Assembly (NCBI GenBank): GCA_963715865.1
Contig: OY970280.1
Location: 1,760,001 to 1,824,000, forward strand
Direction: 5' to 3'
DNA length: 64,000 nt
Source of the DNA: Candidatus Bathyarchaeota archaeon
GTDB lineage: Archaea; Thermoproteota; Bathyarchaeia; Bathyarchaeales; Bathycorpusculaceae
Positions within the stretch are counted from its first letter, which is position 1. Every line of letters starts with the position of its first letter. The notes under the pieces are model-generated. The model was not told the origin of the DNA. It saw nothing but the letters and a program-made list of their open reading frames with translations, and did no database searches. Of this stretch, positions 29,090 to 36,441 are shown one piece after another. A program made the position numbers and the translations under genes.

Positions 29090-29686
29090 TTGCTTTCAGG
29101 GATACTCGTGATTCCATATGCAGACGAAATAGTCACCGCCATAACCATCATAGGAATCGGCGCAATTCTGGCTATTTACCTATCAATACTTAAAAAGAAC
29201 GGTTGGATAGGAAAACCTTCCAACTACAGATGCCCAAACCCTCAATGCCAAAAAATTTTCCAAACACCTTTAAAAGTCAAAGATTTTTCAAACAAAAAAA
29301 ATGTCCACCTCGCATGCCCTGAATGCGGATACGATTTAGGATCTTCAAATGACGAAACAATAAAGGAACTAAACATTGAGAACACGTCACAATCAAAAAT
29401 AAATCCAACCTCAGAACCAATTGAAACTAAAGTCTCAGTCACAACTAATGCCAACAAAGAACCTAAAGCAATCGAAAGCCCCTCTCCAACTATTGAACTA
29501 AAGGAAAGTACGAGTCTTCCAGAAACAAACCATAAACTAACCCCAAAACAAAAAACGGACAACTACAAAAAAGACAGGCCTACAGGATGTAACCATCATT
29601 TCGGTTACTTAGGGACTCTTCCAAAAGGTACAGAAACTCCGGATGAATGTTACTCTTGCGCCAGATTAATTGAATGTTTTAAATAA
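29090..29686 (+). CDS. Membrane-anchored zinc-ribbon protein with a C-terminal Cys/His motif
   Basis: TM helix, CPNPQC and CPEC pairs, low-complexity linker, C-terminal CNHHFGYL...ECYSCARLIEC. Confidence 0.75.
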   Translation: MLSGILVIPYADEIVTAITIIGIGAILAIYLSILKKNGWIGKPSNYRCPNPQCQKIFQTPLKVKDFSNKKNVHLACPECGYDLGSSNDETIKELNIENTSQSKINPTSEPIETKVSVTTNANKEPKAIESPSPTIELKESTSLPETNHKLTPKQKTDNYKKDRPTGCNHHFGYLGTLPKGTETPDECYSCARLIECFK

Positions 29687-29691
29687 CCAAT

Positions 29692-29718
29692 GGATTAAAT
29701 TTTAGTCCCAAACCCAAA
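29692..29718. repeat. Site A: 17-bp quasi-palindromic core GGATTAAATTTTAGTCC plus arm CAAACCCAAA
   Basis: 27-bp exact match to 31311-31337; core also present at 30328-30344. Confidence 0.9.
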
Positions 29719-29720
29719 CT

Positions 29721-29783
29721 ACGACTCTAACACTTACACACCAAACACTCACGACTCTAACACTCACTACGCAAAACTACGCA
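29721..29783. repeat. Short phased direct repeats (ACGACTCTAACACT x2, 30-bp period; ACTACGCA x2, 10-bp period)
   Basis: Copies at 29721-29734 and 29751-29764, and at 29766-29773 and 29776-29783, in a strongly G-poor top strand. Confidence 0.8.
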
Positions 29784-29965
29784 CGACCTTGAACCTAAGT
29801 CTTAAATCTGCATAACGGTAGAACTACATTCGCGCGCTGGCTTGTCCCGAAATTGAAAAGCTTATTTTGAGAAGAGGGGTCTCGTATCAAATGAGCGCGC
29901 GCGCTTAATTTTTCTAGGTGAAGCTACACCCAGACAGGTAATTTGCTCCTTTTTTCGTGCTTTGC

Positions 29966-30082
29966 TCATTTAACGATGCATTTTGGTACTGGAACAGCAG
30001 CACCATAAGATTTTTCTAGTGCTTTTCTGCATTTTTCAGCAAATTCATGGTTAAGATTTTGGGCATATTCTTGATTTATCAT
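29966..30082 (-). CDS. Small hypothetical protein (38 aa)
   Basis: MINQEYAQNLNHEFAEKCRKALEKSYGAAVPVPKCIVK*, with GAGGA 5 nt upstream of the ATG. Confidence 0.4.
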   Translation of the reverse strand: MINQEYAQNLNHEFAEKCRKALEKSYGAAVPVPKCIVK

Positions 30083-30099
30083 TTTATTCCTCGATAATT

Positions 30100-30210
30100 T
30101 TAACTCTCATTCGCCCAAAAGCACTCTGAATACTTGTGCTTAACTTCTGGGCCTTTCTGCCAAATCTTGTCATAACCTGCGATAAAGTCTTTGCTTGATG
30201 TTTTCCTCAC
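30100..30210 (-). CDS. Small hypothetical protein (36 aa)
   Basis: GTG start; MRKTSSKDFIAGYDKIWQKGPEVKHKYSECFWANES*; in tandem with 29966-30082. Confidence 0.3.
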   Translation of the reverse strand: MRKTSSKDFIAGYDKIWQKGPEVKHKYSECFWANES

Positions 30211-30316
30211 TGTTATACCAACCAATAGTATTAACACTAAAGATTCAATATATAATCTTCATTACCAAATCAGAATATATCAAAAAACGATATGCCAGAA
30301 AAGAAGCGTGAATCGG

Positions 30317-30351
30317 TTTGGGTTTGGGGATTAAATTTTAGTCCAACCAAC
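30317..30351. repeat. Site B: arm TTTGGGTTTGG + core GGATTAAATTTTAGTCC + arm AACCAAC
   Basis: Core is in the same orientation as sites A and C. The left arm is the reverse complement of the A/C right arm; the right arm is the reverse complement of the C left arm. Confidence 0.9.
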
Positions 30352-30445
30352 GTACTTTTCCTTTAAGGAAAATAATATTGTAAGTTTACCGCATCATAAT
30401 CTAATTGAGAAAAGGTGTTAAGTAAAAAATTAGATTTACTATTTT

Positions 30446-30955
30446 TTAAGCAACGATTATGTAGTAGATGGACGAACAGCCTTCTGACGACAGAAGTCTG
30501 ATTTGATAAGTGTTACCAACTGTTATACCGCCTGTCAAAGTCAAAATCAAACTTATGTTAGAATTTGTTGGTATTGCTATGTCTTTTTCAAGGTTTAATG
30601 GATAGTCGTTGACATAGACATCAGTAATTGCAAGGTCAGATGAACCGCTGTTAAGGACTGAAACCAAGAATGTGCCTGCACTTGCATTTACTTGTACGTT
30701 TGTTATAGTTAACTTGTCAGTGTTAGGTGAGAGAGAAGGGCTGGGGATATTAACGCTATATGGCATAGGGGAAGGAGTAGCAGTAACAGAAGGCGTAGGA
30801 GAAGGAATAGTGCTGCTTAAAGTCTTGGGAGAGGGGCTGGCAACGGTGGTTGCATTTTGAGCGAAAGATTGGGATACCAACATACCCAATACTAAACTAT
30901 TCAAAATAACAGCAATCGTAATCAAAATGATTAAGGTCAGGTAATTTTTACTCAT
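30446..30955 (-). CDS. Membrane-anchored/secreted protein with a Ser/Pro/Thr linker and a C-terminal Ig/pilin-like beta domain
   Basis: N-terminal hydrophobic helix, SP/TP repeats, then KLTITNVQV...VSVLNSGSSDLAITDVYVN. Confidence 0.7.
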   Translation of the reverse strand: MSKNYLTLIILITIAVILNSLVLGMLVSQSFAQNATTVASPSPKTLSSTIPSPTPSVTATPSPMPYSVNIPSPSLSPNTDKLTITNVQVNASAGTFLVSVLNSGSSDLAITDVYVNDYPLNLEKDIAIPTNSNISLILTLTGGITVGNTYQIRLLSSEGCSSIYYIIVA

Positions 30956-31303
30956 GTTCCTTACTCATCGAATCACTCTCGTTAATCCAACTGTTTATTA
31001 ATTATGAATTTAGAGTAATTACTCCTAATAACTAACGAAAATCGCAAGAACAATCTAAGAAAAAAATAGTGTTACATAAGTGATAAAACGGTAGTATTCT
31101 AAGAAAGATTTAATCATTATTTGAATTCTAATTCCTTACTTGATTACCGTATACTCGATTCCGACTATACCTATATACGTACCCTATATTGACTTGATTT
31201 CTAGGTACTAGCCTCTTTTCCTGCTATGGAACCTCTGTATATGCTGAATCCTGTATACTGCCTTGATTAAGTCTTTCCAGAAGGTCATGCTGAGTAGTTT
31301 TTG

Positions 31304-31337
31304 GTTGGTTGGATTAAATTTTAGTCCCAAACCCAAA
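31304..31337. repeat. Site C: arm GTTGGTT + core GGATTAAATTTTAGTCC + arm CAAACCCAAA
   Basis: Read directly from the sequence; see sites A and B. Confidence 0.9.
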
Positions 31338-31482
31338 TTTCCCTAAATACTTTGTATTTTACCATCCTTATGTTAGCATTACAGTTCTTGAATTTGTACA
31401 TGCGTTGAACAGAGAGCACAGAAAAAAAGAAACCAATAACATTTATTAATACTTACTACACCCTTTTATTGGGCTAAGAAAA

Positions 31483-32124
31483 ATGAATGAAAAGGTACAA
31501 GAAAGCGCCCAGTACTTGAAATGCTGCGCCAATCTAGAAATCGAAGCTTTTAGGCTTTATGAAACTTTTTCTAAGAAAATCAACCAGCCTGAAAACGGCT
31601 TTATCTTAGGTTTCGCTTATGACAGCCTAAAATGCGCCAAAATCATTCAAGGAATACTCGATTATGTAGATATGCCTGAAACAGAAAAAACGAGCCCCAA
31701 AAAGAACTTCTCAGAAGTAACCAACAGCGTTTCAGCCTTTACAAAAAAAATTTCTAAAATCAACAACGTAGACTACGAAATTTCCTGCGAAATACTAAAA
31801 GAACTCAGCAACCTAGAAGACCAACTCAGCGAGGCATACACGAATTACCTCCAATCTGGCGCAATTAAAACAATAGCCGACGAATTCTCAAAGCTAGCAA
31901 TAAACTTAACTAACTTCAAGAAACTGTTTGAAACCTTTATAGAACAAAAACAAAAACACAAAGAAACTATCCTCGAAATCATATGCTACTTTGAAACTAG
32001 AGAAACAGAAAGACTAAGGCATGCAACACCTATAGTCAAATACCAAAACCCAGATTCATGGATTCTCGAATCAACCCTTCACGCCTTCTCAACTGCACCA
32101 GTCAAAGAGAACACTGAACCGTAA
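31483..32124 (+). CDS. Ferritin-like/rubrerythrin-like helical bundle protein
   Basis: Two related helical halves (CANLE..A..LY / LSNLE....EAY) with an ExxH-like motif (EQKQKH). Confidence 0.55.
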   Translation: MNEKVQESAQYLKCCANLEIEAFRLYETFSKKINQPENGFILGFAYDSLKCAKIIQGILDYVDMPETEKTSPKKNFSEVTNSVSAFTKKISKINNVDYEISCEILKELSNLEDQLSEAYTNYLQSGAIKTIADEFSKLAINLTNFKKLFETFIEQKQKHKETILEIICYFETRETERLRHATPIVKYQNPDSWILESTLHAFSTAPVKENTEP

Positions 32125-32137
32125 CGTTCCAATCACT

Positions 32138-32530
32138 CTAAGCACCTATTGTTAGTTCTTTAACCCTGCGCTCAATTTCATCCCTGATTTCTCGTACCTT
32201 ATCTATCGATTTGCCTTTAGGGTCTTCAAGCGCCCAATCAAGAGTATCCTTAAAGAAGGGACCAGGACAAAGGTCAGCAGCTCCACAGCCCATAGTGACA
32301 ATCAAGTCGGCTTTGTTTGCCATTTCCTGAGTGAGCAGTTTGGGCTTGTTCATAGATATGTCGATACCCTTTTCCTTCATGGCTTCCACTACAACCGGAT
32401 TCACTTTGGGGGCTAATTTTATCCCTGCACTCTGTGCAGTTAGTTTTCCTTGGCCATACTTGTTGACGAAAGCTTCAGCCATTTGGCTTCTGCCAGCATT
32501 CTCAACACAGACAAAAAGGACTCTTTTCAC
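32138..32530 (-). CDS. arsC: Arsenate reductase, LMW-PTP/thioredoxin type (copy 1)
   Basis: P-loop CVENAGRS, TMGC..xxxxCP redox pair, WALEDPKG. Confidence 0.9.
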   Translation of the reverse strand: MKRVLFVCVENAGRSQMAEAFVNKYGQGKLTAQSAGIKLAPKVNPVVVEAMKEKGIDISMNKPKLLTQEMANKADLIVTMGCGAADLCPGPFFKDTLDWALEDPKGKSIDKVREIRDEIERRVKELTIGA

Positions 32531-32635
32531 GTTTGAAGTTCACCTATTCTATATTCTTTCTTTGTAGACGCTAAGCATTAGGTCTTTCGCAGGTTTTTAA
32601 TGTCTTGTGTGTTTCTTTTTTCACGTTTTCGGCAC

Positions 32636-33982
32636 TTAGCTTTGCTCACGCGAATAGTGTTTTCTGCGTCTAAGTATCATCGCTATGGCGGCGATTACTG
32701 CGACAGCGATTGTAGCAGCTATTGGGTAAATGATTTCTGCTGGAAAAGACAGCGCTGGCTGAGTTGCCGGCGAAGGCGTGGGCGCTGTCAGCGGGGTGCC
32801 CAACGCGTAAACGTTGTGGTCCCACGAACCCACATAAACGCAGCCGCCCGAAACAGCTGGAGAAGAATTCACATGACTTCGGGTGGTGTACGTCCATACG
32901 TTTGCTCCAGTTAATGCGTTCAGGCAGTAGACGTTGCCATCCCAACCTCCCACGTAAACGTAGCCGCCGGCGACCGCAGGAGACGAATTCACCCCGTCTT
33001 GAGTGGTGTAGTTCCAGATTTTCGCTCCAGTTAACGCATTGAGACAGTAAACGTTTTTGTCCGGCTCCTCAGACTCCCCGGTCCCAACGTAAACGTATCC
33101 GTTGGCAACTGCGGGGGAAGAGTCAACCCAACCTTGAGTTGTGTAGTTCCATATTTTTGCTCCAGTTGAGGCGTTGAGGCAATATACGTTATAGTCTTCA
33201 GACCCAATGTAGACATAGCCACCGACAACTGCTGGGGAAGACTCCACCAGTTTCCCAGTTGTATAGTTCCATATTTTGTCGCCGGTTAACGCATCAAGAC
33301 AGTAGACGTTCCTGTCTGCTGATGCAATGTAAACATGGCCGCCGACGACGGCTGGAGAAGACTCTACAAGGCCTCCCGTTGTATAGTTCCATATTTTGTT
33401 TCCTGTCGCTGCGTCAAGGCAGTAGACGTTTCCATCCCACGAACCCACATAAACATAGCCATTAGCAACCGCGGGGCAAGACTCCACAGTATTTCCAGTT
33501 GTGAAATTCCACACTTTATCGCCTGTTGAAGCGTTCAGGCAATACACGTTGCGGTCGTAACATCCAAAGTAGACATAGCCATTAGCAACCGCCATTGAAG
33601 AACTTATTGCTGGGCCTCCTGCGCCTTGAAGCCCTCGGGTTGTGGCATGGATTGTGAAATTCCATATTTCGGATCCGTCTGACGCGTTAAGACAGTAAGC
33701 GATTCCGCCGTCAGAGCCTATATAGACGCGGCCATCAACGATTGCAGGCGAAGCCCCAACTACGCTATTGGTCGTATAGTTCCATAGTAAAGTGTCGTAA
33801 GTTGCAGTTGGTGTGCTGGTTGAGTAGCCTGCGTGAGTTAGATCATGATGAAACATTGGCCAATCATCCGAGGAAGAATTAGCATATGCAAGCGAGGCTG
33901 GAGACAATACGAGACAGAAAAACGCTGATGAGGTCAAAACAAAGGTGACGAAAATGATCAGGGCATGGTTAGATTTTTTCAT
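32636..33982 (-). CDS. PQQ-binding-like beta-propeller repeat surface protein
   Basis: Signal peptide, WPMFHHD, about eight 40-aa repeats (SSPAVxxGYVYxGSxDxNVYCLNAxTGxKIWNYTT), C-terminal TM helix with an RRRK tail. Confidence 0.9.
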   Translation of the reverse strand: MKKSNHALIIFVTFVLTSSAFFCLVLSPASLAYANSSSDDWPMFHHDLTHAGYSTSTPTATYDTLLWNYTTNSVVGASPAIVDGRVYIGSDGGIAYCLNASDGSEIWNFTIHATTRGLQGAGGPAISSSMAVANGYVYFGCYDRNVYCLNASTGDKVWNFTTGNTVESCPAVANGYVYVGSWDGNVYCLDAATGNKIWNYTTGGLVESSPAVVGGHVYIASADRNVYCLDALTGDKIWNYTTGKLVESSPAVVGGYVYIGSEDYNVYCLNASTGAKIWNYTTQGWVDSSPAVANGYVYVGTGESEEPDKNVYCLNALTGAKIWNYTTQDGVNSSPAVAGGYVYVGGWDGNVYCLNALTGANVWTYTTRSHVNSSPAVSGGCVYVGSWDHNVYALGTPLTAPTPSPATQPALSFPAEIIYPIAATIAVAVIAAIAMILRRRKHYSREQS

Positions 33983-34248
33983 GGTGAACCATCCTTGAAA
34001 GCAAATGCTATATTGTTATATTTATGTTTTGATATATTCTCAATTTCTTTTCGGACACGCCAATCCTTGGGCATCCCGGGATGTTCAGAATTATTTTTCA
34101 ATCGCGCAGCGAATACTATACTTCGTTCTCGGCTTCAGCATTATCGACCCTAAACTACCTTTACGGAGCTTCCGAATTGTTTTTTCAATGAATGTGAGTC
34201 AACTAAATAACAATATTTAAATATTCACTTCCGCCCCCCGTTATAGTG

Positions 34249-34575
34249 ATGTATCCGAAATCAGAAAACAAGAACAAGCTCAAGGCTAAACTTTTCAAAG
34301 CCCTCTCAGACCCCGTCAGGCTTGACATACTTGAGTTTCTATGTGACGGAGAAAAGTGCGTTTGCGAAATTATCCCTCACCTGAAGCTCGTCCAGCCACT
34401 AGTGTCTCGCCACCTAAAGATCCTAAAGGACCGCGGAATAGTCAGCTACAGAAAAGAAGGCAACAGAAGACTCTACTCAATAACGAACCAGCAAATATTC
34501 AGAATTATTGACGACGTAACCCCTGAACTTGTTGATGCATGCACAGAAAAGATGCTTGAGCAGATGGAAGAATAA
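34249..34575 (+). CDS. arsR: ArsR/SmtB-family regulator (copy 1)
   Basis: FKALSDPVRL, CVCEI and QPLVSRHLKIL. A perfect palindrome AATATTTAAATATT lies just upstream (about 34212-34225). Confidence 0.88.
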   Translation: MYPKSENKNKLKAKLFKALSDPVRLDILEFLCDGEKCVCEIIPHLKLVQPLVSRHLKILKDRGIVSYRKEGNRRLYSITNQQIFRIIDDVTPELVDACTEKMLEQMEE

Positions 34576-34608
34576 AGTGAAGTATAAGCAGACCAGAAGG
34601 GGCAGTTA

Positions 34609-34770
34609 GTGGATTACCCTTTATGTGAACGTGCCAATTGCATAAACTGGAAAAAAGGACGTTGCGTCCTCAAAGAGCCAGAGAAAAGTGGAGATTCTTG
34701 TCTAAACTATGAGGATGCAATGGATTCGCTTAGGCTGAAGGCAGACGCAATAAAAGGAACACTTGGATAA
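34609..34770 (+). CDS. Small four-cysteine protein (53 aa; below the ORF-track cutoff)
   Basis: GTG start after AGAAGGGG; MDYPLCERANCINWKKGRCVLKEPEKSGDSCLNYEDAMDSLRLKADAIKGTLG*. Confidence 0.6.
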   Translation: MDYPLCERANCINWKKGRCVLKEPEKSGDSCLNYEDAMDSLRLKADAIKGTLG

Positions 34771-35001
34771 AATACTAAAACAGCATGCTTCGCGTTTTAG
34801 CTCTCGCCGCAAGCTAACTCACCCATAGCCTTGATGTATCGTTGCGCATCTTCAACTGTTTTGCACGGCCCATAAATGAAGTTATATCGAGGGTTGGTTT
34901 CCTTTGTTGGATCAGTTTCTCTTTCAAAAACTTCGGGTTTCGCTTTCTCTTTTATTCCAATATATATTCCCAAATTCTTCCCTCTTTTCTAACAAATGTG
35001 C

Positions 35002-35400
35002 TTACCGAGTTTGTTCAGCTATTAGGTTCTGGACTCTGCGCTCGATTTCGTCTCTGATTTCTTTTACTTTCTCGATGGGTTTGCCTTTTGGATCCTCAAG
35101 CTTCCAATCAACTGTGGGCTTAAAGAATGGTCCGGGGCAGATTCCTTGATCATTGCAGCCCAAGGTTACAATCAAATCTACATCTAGCGCCATTTTGGCA
35201 GTGAGCAATTTTGGTTTGTTCATTGAAATATCGATGTCTATCTCTTTCATGGCTTCCACAACTACAGGGTTAACTTTGTCAGCTGGTTTATTGCCGGCAC
35301 TGGATGCAACGAAAATGTCTTTTCCGTACTTGTTGGCGAAAGCCTCTGCCATTTGACTTCTGCCAGCGTTCTCAACACAGACAAAAAGGACTCTTTTCAC
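35002..35400 (-). CDS. arsC: Arsenate reductase, LMW-PTP/thioredoxin type (copy 2)
   Basis: CVENAGRS, TLGC...CPGP and WKLEDPKG; close paralogue of 32138-32530. Confidence 0.9.
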   Translation of the reverse strand: MKRVLFVCVENAGRSQMAEAFANKYGKDIFVASSAGNKPADKVNPVVVEAMKEIDIDISMNKPKLLTAKMALDVDLIVTLGCNDQGICPGPFFKPTVDWKLEDPKGKPIEKVKEIRDEIERRVQNLIAEQTR

Positions 35401-35419
35401 GTTTGATTTTCACCTAATC

Positions 35420-35728
35420 TTAATTCTTTGAATGAGGACGCAACATGTGGAGCTTTCGCAAGTTCTTGATTATCTCACGGGTTTCTTTTTTCGGAGGATG
35501 TGTGATGGCGCCGGCAGGGCATATTCCGTCACAGCCCGTACAGAGCACTACGCAGTTGTTTGGGTTTTTCACGATTGGCCTTTTTTTTCCGTCTTTTTCT
35601 ACAAATTCATAAGTGCCTAGCGTGCAATATTCTACGCATTTGCCGCAGCTGACGCATTTTTCGTAGTCTACTGTGGGGTACCAGGGTATTTTGTTTCGGG
35701 GAATTCCGTGCCAAGTTTCTTCAGACAT
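35420..35728 (-). CDS. 2x[4Fe-4S] ferredoxin-family protein
   Basis: CVSCGKCVEYC and CVVLCTGCDGICP; WYPTVDYEKC N-terminus. Confidence 0.88.
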   Translation of the reverse strand: MSEETWHGIPRNKIPWYPTVDYEKCVSCGKCVEYCTLGTYEFVEKDGKKRPIVKNPNNCVVLCTGCDGICPAGAITHPPKKETREIIKNLRKLHMLRPHSKN

Positions 35729-35816
35729 CTTTTTGTCGCCTTTTTTTATTGCATATTTGTTTTGTACTCATATTCATAGCAACTTTTAAATATTGTTATC
35801 AACACTAAAGCAAACC

Positions 35817-36146
35817 ATGTCCGCAAAAGAGGAAAACCAGAACCGGTTCAAATCAACAGTTTTCCACGCACTCTCCGATCCAATCAGACTCGAAATAATA
35901 TCGTTTTTGCGAGATGGCGAAAAGTGCGTCTGCGAAATAGTTCCACACTTAAACCTCATTCAACCGCTCGTTTCGCGCCACTTGAAAATACTCAAAGATA
36001 CTGGAATAGTAAGGTGTCGAAAGGACGGAACCAAAAGAATGTACTCAATTGTAGATCCGAGAATACACAATATCGTTGATGAGTTAACACCAGAACTTGT
36101 CAGCACACTAACAAAAGAGGTTCTGGATCAAATGACCTGTAGATAG
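35817..36146 (+). CDS. arsR: ArsR/SmtB-family regulator (copy 2)
   Basis: FHALSDPIRL, CVCEI and QPLVSRHLKIL; paralogue of 34249-34575. Confidence 0.88.
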   Translation: MSAKEENQNRFKSTVFHALSDPIRLEIISFLRDGEKCVCEIVPHLNLIQPLVSRHLKILKDTGIVRCRKDGTKRMYSIVDPRIHNIVDELTPELVSTLTKEVLDQMTCR

Positions 36147-36150
36147 AAGG

Positions 36151-36441
36151 GTGAACAATTTGGAAACAAAAAAAGAACATGTACAAAAAACTGAGAAAGT
36201 TATCCTAAACGCTTCAAAAGCAGACTGCACAGGATGCAGCGTTTGTTCTGATTTTAAAGCAGACAGCCTTCGACATGCAGTCGCTAGGTTAAACGGAGTC
36301 TCAAAAGTCAAAGTTGACGAGATAACCGGCAAGGTCACAATAGAATACGACACACAAAAAATCAGTTTCTCCAAGATCACTGAACGCATTGAAAAACTCG
36401 GCTATCAAGTTGAAGTATTATCAAGAGAAGAAATCCAATGA
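36151..36441 (+). CDS. Heavy-metal-associated (HMA) domain chaperone
   Basis: CTGCSVC metal motif, LNGVSKVKVD...VTIEYD and IEKLGY ferredoxin-like fold pattern. Confidence 0.8.
   Translation: MNNLETKKEHVQKTEKVILNASKADCTGCSVCSDFKADSLRHAVARLNGVSKVKVDEITGKVTIEYDTQKISFSKITERIEKLGYQVEVLSREEIQ

Noticed and set aside
31140-31300. Short ORF MTFWKDLIKAVYRIQHIQRFHSRKRG* and TATAGG-type motifs inside segment B-C
   Set aside because: Too short, no RBS and no recognisable pattern.
29692-31337. CRISPR array or XerA dif interpretation of the three repeated sites
   Set aside because: The spacing is 636 and 983 bp rather than 30-40 bp and there are no cas genes. The core has only 3 bp between TAA and TTA, not the 6-bp dif spacer.
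32800-33780. Regular ~120-bp DNA repeats
   Set aside because: Fully explained by the 40-aa beta-propeller repeats of the coding sequence, with synonymous divergence.
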